This document shows positions 11,897-24,433 of a DNA stretch of 64,000 bases, in pieces (the stretch's first letter is position 1; every line of letters starts with the position of its first letter). The translations under genes were made by a program, and so were the position numbers. The notes beneath the pieces were generated by a model that was not told the origin of the DNA, did no database searches, and saw only the letters and a program-made list of their open reading frames with translations. The DNA is from the human T2T-CHM13v2.0 reference genome, Homo sapiens, in assembly GCA_009914755.4 (NCBI GenBank), contig CP086569.2, positions 16,064,001 to 16,128,000 on the forward strand, in the 5' to 3' direction.

Positions 11897-12212
11897 GTTT
11901 TGTTGTTGTTGTTGTTTTTTTCTGTTTGTTTGTTTGTTTGTTTTCCTCACTCTGTCACCAGGCTGGAGTGCAGTGGTGATTTCGGCTCACTGCAACCTCT
12001 CCCTCCCAGGTTCAAGTGATTCTCCTGCCTCAGCCTCCAGAGTAGCTGGGACTACTGGTGAGTGCCACCAGGCCCAGCTAATTTTTGTATTTTTAGTAGA
12101 TGCAGAATTTCACCATGTTGACTAGGATGACCTCTATATCCTGACCTCATGATCTGCCCTCCTCGACCTCACAAAGTGCTGGGATTACAGGATTGAGCCA
12201 CCATGCCGGGCC
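11897..12212 (-). mobile_element. Alu at 11944-12212, including its tail-derived (TTG)n(TTTG)n at 11897-11943, which is the complement of an A-rich tail.
   Basis: Reads ...ttgttgttgttgtttttttctgtttgtttgtttgtttgttttcctcactctgtcaccaggctggagtgcagtgg...gccaccatgccgggcc. Confidence 0.9.
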
Positions 12213-12312
12213 TGCTGCTTGAGTTTTAACCATACTTCTTCATGTTGGTAGCTGACTTAAGATATGCTTCATTTTCTTCGAAATTAACAAGTGTTTGGCA
12301 AGGATGAATGAA

Positions 12313-12597
12313 AAGATAGATTCAATAGATAGATAGATAGATAGATAGATGAGATAGGTGGATAGATTGATAGAATAGATAGATTAGATAGATGAGTTAG
12401 AGAGAGAGAGAGATTACACAGATTAGACAGACAAATGAGATGGACAGAGAGATATGTAGGTAGATAGATGCATAGATAGATATAGATACATAGGTGGATA
12501 ATAGATGGAAATATACATGATAGATAGATAGAAAATAGATAGAAATATACATGACAGGTGGATGCATAAATGGTAGACATAGTAGAGATAGATATAT

Positions 12598-12648
<51 letters not shown>

Positions 12649-12812
12649 GATAGATGATAGATAGATAGATAGATAGATAGATATAACAGATGAATGGATT
12701 AATAAATAAAGAGCATAGATGGATGCATAAATATGCAGACAGATGCCAGATAGGTAGATGATAGATATGATTGTTAGATATGATGGATGAATGTATAGAT
12801 AGATATGATGGA
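12313..12812 (+). repeat. About 500 bp of complex, degenerate (GATA)n array. A pure run lies at about 12596-12700.
   Basis: Reads atagatagatagatag...gagatagg...gatagatagatagatagatagatag... Confidence 0.95.
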
Positions 12813-15196
12813 GGGAAATATAGTCTGATTGATATGTGTACTTATATACCTTATTAAATAAAGGTCTTCAATACACAAATTATTTATCTTTTCATAGTTC
12901 ATTTAACAAAAGAGCCTATGATTATAGTACTGTTCTAGAGATTGCTTTATCTAAAAAACAATCTAAATATTAATCTAATACCACTCAGGTGGTTTCTCTC
13001 TGTGAAAAAGTCCTAATTCAATGAATATTCAGAGAACACATGGTCCAATGATCAACCACAGAGAAAGAGGATTTTATATTCAAATAAGACAGATTAATAG
13101 TTAGATAGATAGATAGTAGTTAAATTTTTACATCAACCAATATAATGTGACTTAAAATTTGACTTTTCATTAATCTATAAATCTGTTATGCCTTTTTTCA
13201 AAGAAGGGTATTTGCCAAAAACTGACTAGATATTGAGTTGTTGAATAAAACCTTTCATATTTTGATATGACATATGAAAAAGTAAGAGCAATATTGATAT
13301 GATAACTGTTTATAGAGGGTCACTGGAGCTCCAGGTGCTGCTCAGCAGGTAGTGGAAAATCAGGGTAATTATGATATGATGGGTGACCTCAACTGTCATA
13401 ATTCCGTGAAAATCAACACCAAAAACAAAGCAGGATACAAAAACGTCCTCTACGGAAATAATTCAGATTATGAATCTGGAATCACTCTGTCCCAAATCTT
13501 AGGAAAATTATGTTCATATGTATCTTACATCAGAGACAATACAGACAGAATAATTTCATAACCTTCAGGTCAAACATGTTTATTAACTGAAATAAACGAA
13601 AAAACTTAGTGGCATTTTAATTTTAAATTTGCTTAATTGGTCCATAAATAAAAATATAATTAACTCTAAGTACTTGCATGAAATGTGAATATGTATGATG
13701 ACAGAAATTAAAACGAAACCCTTGTCAGAGTTTAAAATGCCATAGAATTAAACATAAATAAAATTTTCTTCTGGAGGTTTTTTTTTTTTTGTTCTTCACA
13801 AGGAGTAATGATACCTATCAGTAAGATGTTAAATTTCTCTAACATAATACACAATTTTATTTATAATTAAAAAATTATTGTTTGTTTATCAGAGAAGCTC
13901 CAAATGTAAATTGCTTATTTTTAAAATTGTTTAAATTGTAGCCCCAGTTTGCTCTGTAAAGGGCTCTTTGACCCATGCGTTTGCCAGAGGAATATCACTT
14001 ATCTTTCAAATCTAATTGAATTTTAAATTCTTTTTAGAAACATTTTAATCTCACATTTATATTTGGATAATGTTTTCATGATAGAAAGTATCTAAATAGA
14101 AATATGTCTATACTTATACTACACTTATATCTATATTATATATAGTGTATATATAGAGTAATTTGTATGTATAGGAGCTATATAGTATTAATAATGTTAT
14201 ATTTTCATATTTTAGTCAGAACTTAATATGTATATATAATATGCTTTTATTTTTTTAGATATATAGAAGAAAAATTGGAGAATAAAGGAATTAAGGTGAA
14301 ACAGACATTATTGAGAGGTTTTTATTTGTTTAAAACATACGTGTTTGATACTTTGGAGTTTAGTATTTATTTCTTCACTGAAATAATTCTTCTTCCATAT
14401 GGCCATTAAAATAAATGAATAAATGTCAATTTATTGAGTCAATAGTTTTAATTTTCTTAATGTTAAAAATGATTTTACAATTAATGACCATTTCACTTGA
14501 ATTAGAAGTGAAAGTTAATAAGGTAAGGTTTTTATAACAAAAATTATTTTAAGACAAAGTTAAAATTTAAAAATAGAATAACAATGACTCTAAACTCTAA
14601 GTTGTTTCCCAAACTACAATAATATTTTTAGCGAAGGTAGAGGGGTAAAAATATATGTGTTTTATTGTTCTGTAAGACTAAAATAAGAAATCAAAATATG
14701 ATTTGTTATGTAATAAAGTATTTATTCTACTTAGATCCAATTCTCATCTCCGAATAGATTTTTGGTATTTTATAGTTCCTATTAACAAAAGTAAAATTCT
14801 AGCTGGCCAAACAACTTACCCTTAGTGGTTTTCTTTTCCTTAAACACACAAACATCTTTAAGCAACACTGCTTATTCAAAAATTTATTAATGTAATAACT
14901 ATATTTTAAATATGAATATGTATTACATAACATAAGTAATTATTAAATACTGGTAACTAATAACTTGGTCAATTCAATACAATTTAATTATTGATAATTT
15001 GTAAATTATTAAAGAACTATGTGCATCAAATATATGTTGTATCAAGAAGACACTATCACTAATCGTAATACAACTTAACAAAGAAAAATATTTTTTCACA
15101 AAACACCTTGTCGTCATAGAATAAAACATGCATAAACACTGTAACATGGATGTACTGTATTAAAAATTAATGTGGTAATTCTTACTGCTTGTGTTC

Positions 15197-15495
15197 TTTT
15201 TTTTTTTTTTTTTTTTTGAGATGGAGTCTCGCTGTGCTGCCCAGGCTGGAGTGCAGTGGCGCGATCTTGGCTCACTTCAAGCTCCGCCTTCCGTGTTCAC
15301 ACCATTCTCCTGCCTCAGCCTACCCAGTAGGTGGGAACACAGGCGCCCACCACCACACCCGGCTAATTTTTCGTATTTTTAGTAGAGACGGGGTTTCACG
15401 GCGTTAGCCAGGATGGTCTCGATTTACTGACGTGATCCGCCCCCCTCGGCCTCCCAAAGTGCTGGAATTACAGGCATGAGCCACCGCGCCCGGCC
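15197..15495 (-). mobile_element. AluY-type element, full length, with CpGs largely intact.
   Basis: A poly-T run precedes gagatggagtctcgctgtgctgcccaggctggagtgcagtggcgcgatc. The AluY-diagnostic gtttcacggcgttagccaggatggtctcgat is present. It ends gccaccgcgcccggcc. The flanks cttgtgttc and cttatgttc look like a TSD. Confidence 0.92.
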
Positions 15496-15638
15496 TCTTA
15501 TGTTCTTAATAGTATGTGATGTGTTTTCTTGAATTCTTAATTCACCATTTCCAACTGAAATTTGAGTTAATACATTTACCAATACTTGTCTTAGGGGTTA
15601 TTTCGTTTTTAATGTTTTTTTGTTTATGTTTTTGTGTG

Positions 15639-15932
15639 TTTTTTTTTTTGAGACGGAGTCTCCCTCTGTCGCCCAGGCTGGAGTGCAGTGGCACAATCTC
15701 AGCTAACTGCAACAGCCACTTCCCGGGTTCAAGCAATACTGCAGCCTCAGCCTCCCAAGTAACTGGGATTGCAGACCGGCACCATCATGACCAGCTAATT
15801 TTTTGTACTTTTGTTAGTGAGGAGGTTTCGCCATGTTGGCCAGGCTGGTCTCAAAACTCCTGGCCTTAATTGATCTGCCTGCCTCGACCTCCCAAAGTAC
15901 TGTAATTACAGGCTTGAGCCACCGCACCCAGC
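15639..15932 (-). mobile_element. Alu (older, AluS/J-like).
   Basis: Reads tttttttttgagacggagtctccctctgtcgcccaggctggagtgcagtggcac...gagccaccgcacccagcc. Confidence 0.9.
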
Positions 15933-17899
15933 CTAGCTTTTAAATTTTGAAAACATAAAAAATAGCAATATTTTATGCAATTTGAGAGAGTAAGTGTGCC
16001 AGTGTCTATTATCAAAGGTATTTGGTTTTGGAAGTTGAACTGTAATTTGAATCAATAAGTAAGATACTGTTATTTGATTTGAGAACCCACAGGTAAATTA
16101 TGTGATTTGAAAATTTGCAAAAGTGCATTACTCTTCTTTTGAATTTTAGTTAATAATTGACAAAGTACCTGTTAGCAGAGATATCTGAACATTGAAATTT
16201 TGTTTGACATATAAGCTAATAAGTATAGAAATGTTATTTGGAATTGGGTTAATATATGTACCAGACCTTGATATGATCTTACTTTGTGTTGTCACTTTTA
16301 TTTAGGAATTCAAATAGTAAATATACTGCTGTTATTTGGACATTGAAATTGGGTTAAACTTGAATTTAAATCTATGTATACCTGTATACCAGTGTGACAA
16401 AGAATTTGAGCCAGTAAGTGCACAATTGTGAGTTATCTGCCTTGTTTGTATTATGAAATTTAAAAATAAACCTGAACTAATAATTAACCAATATTATTTC
16501 CATTTGGAACTAATAATAAGTGTACTTACTGGAACTTATTGGTGTTATTGGAAAATAACAATAAATTTGGGGGTGAATTCAGATTCTCTGGAATCTTGTC
16601 TAATTTATTTTTCTGGTTACTCTCAGAAATAATTTCAGAAATGAGTGTGACATCTTCCCCTGCTGACTGAAACCACTAACTTTCCACACAAGGGTAATAT
16701 ATATATAGGACATTACACCTCGTCACCTTATTCTGTGAATGCTATTCATGTTTTAACAATTCCATTGACTTAATCATAGCTTCATTTTCTTGCTTGACAG
16801 CTTCTCAATTTCATTGTTTCTGAAGTTTCCCATGGTAGACCCAAGAGCCCTGATCCTGGTATAGGGTCCTACCCAAAAGGTGTAGATTTTAGCATTCTAC
16901 AGAAAAGTCTGTATAAGTTTAGATTGAGGATCACTCAGATTGCTTGAGAGATAGTTCTGCAGGATATTTGTGTGAGCAAAATAGCTTTTGCCCTCACCAA
17001 CCTCCTCCTCTGAATGTGTGTCCTGTGTCTTCATTTAATCAATGCTCATTCAGCAAACACAAGGCAGAGTTGCTCATTTGCTTTTGCATGGCATCTCATT
17101 TTGACTGGGGCAGCCTATATGAAATTTTGTACATAACAAAAATTTCCGTGAAATGGCCAACTTGGTTGAGCTCTTTATTTTAGGACTCTTTATAAGTTCC
17201 CTGATGTATGGCCTTCCTCTCACTCTATTTTTATCACCTGTACATCTGATTCACGTAAATTATTTCAGACATCCCAGCCTTTGTAAACTTGGCAAATTCT
17301 ATTTTAGTACTTTGAGCACAATTTCTCCTCTTTCTCTGTCACCCCACTCTTCTGAATAACTCTATCTTTACTTTCAGATTTCACTGAAGTGACACTGCAC
17401 TTAAAAGTGTTCAGAGAAACCTTCATTCATAGGTAAAACAAATTTTTGGGTTTGCATTTTCTTAATACCTTGTGTGTTTCTATCACATAATTCACCCCCA
17501 TGTATATGCATTGTCTCCCTGCTAAATGATGAGCACTTGAAGATGAGGGCTGTCTCTTACCCATTCCTGGTCAGTGTGTTGAACATATGCTAGACACTCT
17601 GTTAACATTGACTAACTTTATCAGCACCACACATTAACTTAATTGCATTCTGATGTATAGAGGAAAAAAAAAGTGCCTTAAAAAATCACAGTTTAGACGG
17701 ACTTTCTCATGATCTTTAATGCCATTTATTATTATAGAAATGGATAATGAAAATCCTGGAAATAGCATTCCCAATATCCCAGTCTGAAAATAATAATATT
17801 TTCAAAGCAATACCCCATAAGCCTTTCCGTTTGAATTTTGTTTAATATTGAATGGCTGATGATCGCCATTGTGTGCCCTATGGATCTTCACTTGTCTAG

Positions 17900-18224
<325 letters not shown>

Positions 18225-19560
18225 CCGTCAGTACTTCTTGTAAATGCTTGCCACAGAGAATGGCCACACAATTCTCCATCACCATATAGGTGTCCACTGA
18301 ACAACAGAGGGATCTGGGCACCAGTCCCCTACACAGTCGAAAATCCATGTATAATATTTGACTTCCCCAAAACATAACTACTAATAGGTTATTGTTGACT
18401 AGGATCCTTATTGATATCACAAACAGCCAATTAACACATATTTTGTATGTTATATGTATTATATATTCTATTCTTACAGTAAATAAGCTAGGGAAAAGAA
18501 AGTGTTATTGAAAAAATATAAGGAAAAATACCTTTACTAGTCACTAACTGGAACTGGATCATCACAAAGGTCTTCATCCTCTTCATGGTCACATTTAGTA
18601 GGTTGAGGAGGAGGAAGAGGAGAGGTTAGTCTCGCTGACTCACTGATGACAGAGACAAGGAAGGAAGGAAGGAGATCATTATATAAGGAGAAAGAAAATC
18701 TTCATGTAAGTGGACTTGTGCAGATCAAGATAATGCCTTACGAGGATCCACTTAGTTCATTTCCCTAAAACCTTATTTGGGTCAACTTTAACCTATGTGT
18801 AGCACAGCCAGCCACCTACTGCTTCCTCTCTATAATTCAACATTATTATGAGATCTGTCGACCACTTTTGCAATTTCCATGATGAAATTACCCAATCAAC
18901 TTAGTGCCCATAAGCCAAATCTTCCCCAATTCTATTTGTTCAGTTTCATTTTTGGATATAAATAGAAAAAAATTAGAAGGATGACATCTTTTCCCCCTTT
19001 GTGCCTAGATTTCCACTGTAAAGTAAATACAAGACATGCTTTTTTGAAAAAACATGATGATGTTAGGTGGATAGTTTAGTGGTTACAGAGTAGTTCTCCT
19101 CAATAAGATAATTGAAAAATAATTCATGCTGTGTAATTTTATAGTGTTTGGTAGTTTGAATGCATTAAACCATTGCTGAATTCTAGTTGATAAAAGCATC
19201 AGTGACCCAATTGTTGTACTGCTTTATTATTATTAATTTTTAATTTGTGGAGGACAGTAGTCACATTCATGAAGAATTTGACATTTATTTTCCCAATAGA
19301 GGAAATACTACATTGCATCCATAAGGACTAACATTATATTGCATCCAGGATCAGAAGCACTGAGAAGTTGATGCTGTGAAAAGTTTAGAATAAGGAGAGT
19401 TTATTCTAATCCCAGGAAAATTCTAATTAACTCTAATCCCAGAAATAAGATTAAAATTCAAAAAATTAAAACAAAAATACCTAATCCTATCATACACAGA
19501 ATGTAGTATGTCCATACAAAATGATTATACAGTTACTGAAACTATTACTCATAACAATAG

Positions 19561-19885
19561 TAGCCTAAACATTCCTTCTTTTCTTTCCTTCATTTCTCAC
19601 TCGTACTTTGTCTTTCTGTCTCTATTTTCTTGCTTCCCTCCTTTCATTTGTTATTCCTACCTTTTTCTTTTTTCATTTCTTTTTTCTTTCTTCCTCCCTC
19701 TCTCCCTTTCTTCTCTTCTTTTTCTCTTTCATTCTCCTTCCTGCCTCCCTCTCTCCTTTCACCTTTGATTTTTCCTTTCTTTCTTGTTTCTTTCTTTATT
19801 CTTTCTTCCTTCTCCCCTCTTTCCTTCCTTTCTTTATTTTCTTCTTTTCTTCTTTCATTTTTTTAAATCTTTCCTTCCTCCCCGC
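19561..19885. repeat. CT-rich (polypyrimidine on +) low-complexity block. It is the only purine/pyrimidine array in the window whose purine strand is the minus strand.
   Basis: Reads ttccttcttttctttccttcatttctcactcgtactttgtctttctgtctctattttcttgcttccctcc... Confidence 0.9.
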
Positions 19886-21090
19886 TACCCCCATAGAATA
19901 GTGATCTACAACTTTAAGGATAACTTCTTATCCACATTTCCAGTTGCTAAGGAATAGCTATTTTTTGTCTCTTCTATCCATTCAAAAGAACTCCAGTTGT
20001 TTATGTAACTTATATTTCTGGCTTATATTGTAAATAAATAAACAATAAACTATTCTTAGCTGCTTCTCTATTCAGCAAATTAGGTAGCGGCTGAGCAGGT
20101 GGTCCTCCCCTGTCTTCCATTTGTGGAATCCCTCACAACAACATTAGGTCAAGGATACAAAGGAAGATGCCAGACACAAGATAAATGAAGGCTTACATTC
20201 TGGAGCAGACCACACTGCATCTAGATGTCAAATTGAGAGGGTCTATTGCATCATAGGTTCTAATTGATGGCATGTTGTTGCAGGAAGTAGGCTAGTCCTG
20301 TATCTCTGCAGGAAGGAGACTACTCCAATATCCCAAGAGGATGAAAATGTAAGTATCAGAGTGTGTATACACTAAACACATCCTAGTGTGAAGGCTAACT
20401 TGGGTTGAGCTCACCCAAACCTTCTGTTATGCCCTCACTCATCCTGGGCAATATACTTTTAGATACTGGAAGCAGATCCTGTGACTAGCCTGAATTTCAG
20501 GAGCATATTCCTTCATAAATAGCATTGCCTGCTCTGTTTCCTTTAGGAAGCAAAAGTACAGGCTTTTTTTGTTTATAAGATTGTCAGTGGTACCCACTGG
20601 TCAAAAATAGTTGATACTGCCAGCAGAGATGTGCCAATGGCCACAGCTACAACCAGGTATAACCAAATGTAGACCACAGAATAGTTGCTACAAGTGTAAA
20701 TGCAGTATTTACTGTGTTTAGCAGGGCTTCTTCATGTCTACCTCTAGTAGCGACCCTGTGAAGAAGGGTTGTGGGTAGTAAAAGGTAATTCATTCTTAGC
20801 ACCATCTGCAGAGTTATCTTGTCTACTTGTGTCTTGCAAAATCCTCTACATCCCCTTGCAAGAGTCACTATTTTGTTTGAAACTCTTCAGAAAGACACTG
20901 AGTTCTTTAACCCTCATTTGCTCTGGGATATCCTCTCACAGGGTTCAGACAATAGTATCTCAAAATATGATACTTTGTGCATGCTAAACTGAAAAAGGAG
21001 CCTTATGTTCTCTCTCACCTCCCACCCATATCCCACCAGCTCCTCCAAAGCACAGGATGAAGTTGTTCTCTGAAGTCCCCTTATTTGCCT

Positions 21091-21474
21091 GTATTAGTCT
21101 GTTCTCACATTGCTATGAATAACTAGCTGGGACTGGGAAATTTATAAATAGAAGAGGTTTAATTAACTCGCAGTTCTGTAGGCTGCATAGCAAGCATGGC
21201 TAGGGAAGCCCCAGGGAACTTACAATTATGACAGAATGCAAAGGGGAAGCAGGCATGTCTTACATAGCAGAGCAGGAGACAGAGAGAGAGAATGTATAAA
21301 GCAGAAGTTCTAAACACTTTCAAACACCCAGATCTCTTCAGAACTTTGCCATGAGATGAGCAAGGGTAAAGTCCTCCCCCATGATCCATTCACCTCCCAC
21401 CAGGTCCCACCTCCAACACTGAATCTTACAATTCAACATGGGATTTGGCTGGGGACAGAGCCAAACTATATCTT
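21091..21474 (-). mobile_element. MaLR solo LTR (MST/THE1-like).
   Basis: Reads ctgtattagtctgttctcacattgctatgaataactagctgggactgggaaatttataaatagaagaggtttaattaactcgcagttc...ggatttggctggggacagagccaaactatatc. Confidence 0.8.
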
Positions 21475-21662
21475 TGCCTAAAAGCCATAACCATCAAAGA
21501 AGAAAACAATGACATCCAGTCCCTTCTTTGAGTTTGGATTAAGTGAGCCCATACTGCTGGAAGAAACTGAAATCTGTCAACACACATGGATGGGCTTTTG
21601 TCACAAACCACTGCTCTGGAGTCCTAGTAGACTTTGTCCCAGGCCGTTGTGCATTCTTTGAC

Positions 21663-21812
21663 CCGCACATCTCATCAAAATGAGAAGGTTGATTTCCTTG
21701 TGATTTTTTTTGTCCAAGAAATGTAGGTATCTCCTCCTTTTGCTGTAACCTGGGCAAAAAATCTCACTTACTCTAGTATGAATCAATGTAGTCATTTTAA
21801 CCAGGGGCAAAA
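21663..21812 (+). repeat. Copy A of a ~150-bp dispersed duplicate. Its partner is at 22974-23123, about 90% identical and in the same orientation.
   Basis: Reads ccgcacatctcatcaaaatgagaaggttgatttccttgtgattttttttgtccaagaaatgtaggtatctcctccttttgctgtaacctgggcaaaaaatctcacttactctagtatgaatcaatgtagtcattttaaccaggggcaaaat, followed by an AT-rich tail. Confidence 0.85.
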
Positions 21813-22321
21813 TTAATTAATTAATTAATAGTAATTAATCATTCATTGCATTTTAACAGAATTTTTCTTCTCTCTCTGCTCTCATAACCTGTTTTGCCAA
21901 GACGCAAGCCCACATTCTTTCTGTAAGCTCAGTATGGTAATACAAGTTTCTGCACCTCACTGGGGAGCTGGGTCGTCTTCATTCTGAAGCCTCCTGTGTC
22001 ATCTAAAACTATAATCAAATAAATGTGTTTGTCTTATCTCCAATTAATCTGCCTTTTATGAGTTGATTTTTCAGCTGACCTTTGGAGGGCAAAAGGGAAA
22101 TTTTCCCTTGTCCCTTATGACTCTCAGAAGATTAACAAATACTAAATTCCCAAGTATCTTCAGCTTTTGCTAAATGTCCAAAACAAATGTGTCATGCACT
22201 GGCAGATGACAAAGGCAAATTTATTTGTGTTTCTGTTGTTGTTGTTGCTGTTCTGAAGTATCTAACAGCATTCAGAGGGAAGTTCCCTGTAGAAAACCTA
22301 GTCAAGGTCTTCTTACATTGA

Positions 22322-22900
22322 CTGATTGCTGACATCAGTTGAAGGGCAGAAGTAAAATCATAAAATTATTCAGGAAAGAGGGATTCCAGTTTCAGGAGTT
22401 AGCTTCCTCTGGCTTATTGAAATCATTGTTTCTAATTTTTTTTTTTTTTCTGACAAGCCCCTATAGAGCCTGTTTTCATTACCAGAGGAAGTTGTTCAAA
22501 TTCTCTGTCTTTTCATGGATCTTGTCACCTCCACTAATGCATGCTTTTATGCCTTCCTTCAAGCAGCTTTAAAGATTTTGATGTATTAAGTGTGGCTGTG
22601 CCCCTATGTGTATTGATTGCTGTCAGTTGAAAGGCAGAAGTGAAATCATGGAATTCTTTGGAAAAGAGGGATTCCAGTATTGGGAGTTAGCTTCCTCCAG
22701 CTTCTTGAAATCATTGTGTTTCTAGACGTTTTTCTAACGAGCCCCCAAATAGCCTCTTTTGATTACCAGAGGAAATTGTTCAGGTTCTCTGTCTTTCCAT
22801 TGGTCTTGTGACCTCCACCAATTCATGCTTTGATGCCTTCCTTCATGCAAGTTTAAAGATTTTGACAGAGCAAGTATGGTTGTGTTCCTACATGTAGAAG
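22322..22900 (+). repeat. Tandem duplication of 2 x ~290 bp. B1 spans 22322-22613 and B2 spans 22614-22900, roughly 85% identical.
   Basis: Both units read ...ttgattgctg(a/t)cagttgaa(g/a)ggcagaagt(a/g)aaatcat..gagggattccagt(t/a)t..ggagttagcttcctc..cttgaaatcattgt...attaccagaggaa(g/a)ttgttcaa..tctctgtctttcat... Confidence 0.88.
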
Positions 22901-22973
22901 ACAAGGTGAGTAGGTGAGTTCTCTGATTCAAAATTAGCCTTCCCTCTAGCCTTGTGAGCAAGCCAAGAGGACC

Positions 22974-23123
22974 TCACATCTCACCAAAATGAGAAGGTTG
23001 ATTTATTTGTGATTTTTTATCCAAGAAACGTAGGTATTTCCTCCTTTTGCTGTAACCTGGGCAAAAAAAAATCTCACCTACTCGAGTATGAATCAATGCA
23101 GTCATTTTAACCAGGGGCAAAAT
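22974..23123 (+). repeat. Copy A' of the ~150-bp duplicate. See 21663-21812.
   Basis: Reads ctcacatctcaccaaaatgagaaggttgatttatttgtgattttttatccaagaaacgtaggtatttcctccttttgctgtaacctgggcaaaaaaaaatctcacctactcgagtatgaatcaatgcagtcattttaaccaggggcaaaat, followed by a (TAAA)n-like tail. Confidence 0.85.
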
Positions 23124-23409
23124 AAATAAATAAAAATAACAGTAAACTCAAAAAGCATTGATGAACTATATAGATTCTTACTGAAGCCTTTAATAGGAAA
23201 TGCAGATAATTTACCTGACAAGCAACTCAAAAATGCTTTCTAGCCTTCCTCTCTAAATGTCTCACTTCCATAATTCTGCACACATGGGTGAATGCAACCT
23301 CTTTTTTTTTTCCATGCCCACTGCTCAAATCTCTTTCCAGTTTCTGAAGTTTCTCTGTTTATTTTATCTGATTATATTTTGTTCAATTATACAAAGCAAT
23401 AGAGTTCTA

Positions 23410-24433
23410 TCTGTATGTTGGGGCCAAGAAAAAACTTCCCCTTCAGTTTCACTGAAGATTACTGACAAGAGACTGGTTAATAGGAGAAAAGGATACAAGA
23501 TTATTTAATGAGTACATGGGCCCCTTCAGAAGGAAGACCCAAATATGGGGAAACTGTCAATTTTTAGGCTTAGGTTCAAAAAACTATGTACAGCCAAAAG
23601 AAATAGGATTCTACTAAAAGGGCCTGTTCTAAAGCTAATGGACTGAGTGGGGAAACCCAGCCAGGCCTGTTGGTCTAGATTCTCCTTGACCTCTCTGAGT
23701 GGCAATCCTTCATTCTGGGTATGTGGCAGGAAGGTCTCTGGGATAGGAGTGCTAGGACGCACAGTCAAAGAAGGTAGGTCAGGGAATTTTTTTTTATGGC
23801 CAGTTTTTACACAGAAAATTGGTGGGAATGTTAGAGTTATATTTTTAGATTTTATGGCTGGCTTTGGGGACAAGGTGTTTTGCTTTCTCTGATCTGGGGG
23901 AGGGGAGGGGAATATGGGTTCTTTTTTTTTATGTAGTGCCTCTGGGGAGAATGGGACTCAGTGACAGGAGGGAAGGTGACATAGTTTGGCTGTGCTGCCA
24001 CCCAAATCTCATCTTGAATGGTAGTTCCCATAATTCCCACCTGTCATGGGAAGGACCAGGTGGGAGGTAATTGAATCATCTAGACAAGTCTTTACCATGC
24101 TATTCTTGTGAGAGTGAGTAAGTCTCAGGAGATCTGATCGTTTTATAAAGGGGAGTTCCACTACACACATTCTCTTGCCTACCACCATGTAAGATGTGCC
24201 TTTGCTCTTCCATTGCCTTCTGCCATGGTCGTGAGGACTCCCCAGCCCTGTGGAACTGTGAGTTCATTAAAGCTCTTTCCTTTATAAATTACCTAGTTTG
24301 GGGCATGTCTTTATTAGCAGTATGAGAACAGACTAATACAAGAGAAGGTCAGAAAAAAACTCTTGCCTCTGAGACGTATTCTGAGGCCCTCATTTTGGGA
24401 CGCTTTTTTTCTGAGTCCTAGCCTGTGCTTCTC
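23410..24433. mobile_element. Copy 1 of a ~650-bp interspersed repeat, probably an ERV solo LTR of unresolved family. It is interrupted at 23977-24344 by a THE1/MST LTR.
   Basis: Aligns along its whole length with 36955-37622. For example, both copies share gggaaactgt..ttaggttcaa...aatggactgag.ggggaaaccc.gccaggcctgt...ggccagttttacac. The region downstream of the THE1 resumes the alignment (..ctgaggccctcattttggga.. against ..ctgaggccttcattttggga..). Confidence 0.65.
23977..24344 (+). mobile_element. MaLR THE1/MST-type solo LTR inserted into the repeat above.
   Basis: Reads tgacatagtttggctgtgctgccacccaaatctcatcttgaatggtagttcccataattcccac...ctttataaattacctagtttggggcatgtctttattagcagtatgagaacagactaataca. 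A GAAGG pentamer occurs on both flanks (23972-23976 and 24345-24349), consistent with the 5-bp TSD of MaLR elements. Confidence 0.85.

Noticed and set aside
13352-13561. ORF 13352..13561 (MENQGNYDMMGDLNCHNSVKINTKNKAGYK..), the only mid-size ORF in clearly non-repeat DNA.
   Set aside because: It is 69 aa in an AT-rich background where ORFs of this size arise by chance. There is no splice or Kozak context that I can argue for and no recognisable domain.
15189-15407. ORFs lying inside Alu elements: 15189..15407, 15516..15869, 17942..18133, 32578..32940, 35828..36076, 47976..48241, 56255..56755, 60832..61118, 61300..61737 and 63154..63384.
   Set aside because: Their translations are the familiar Alu-encoded peptides (..[33 protein letters not shown].. 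and ..PGRGGSRL..). They are Alu-derived and not genes. Spliced-in Alu exons cannot be assessed from sequence alone.
19508-19901. ORFs of 78-97 aa in the CT-rich block. The same kind of ORFs appear at 50396..50849 inside (GAAA)n, at 5369..5794, 12284..12580, 29649..29954, 30531..30716, 34890..35405 and 38380..38735 inside GATA/TATA arrays, and at 8792..9209 inside (AAAG)n.
   Set aside because: These are microsatellite or low-complexity translations: poly-[19 protein letters not shown] and similar. They are not coding.
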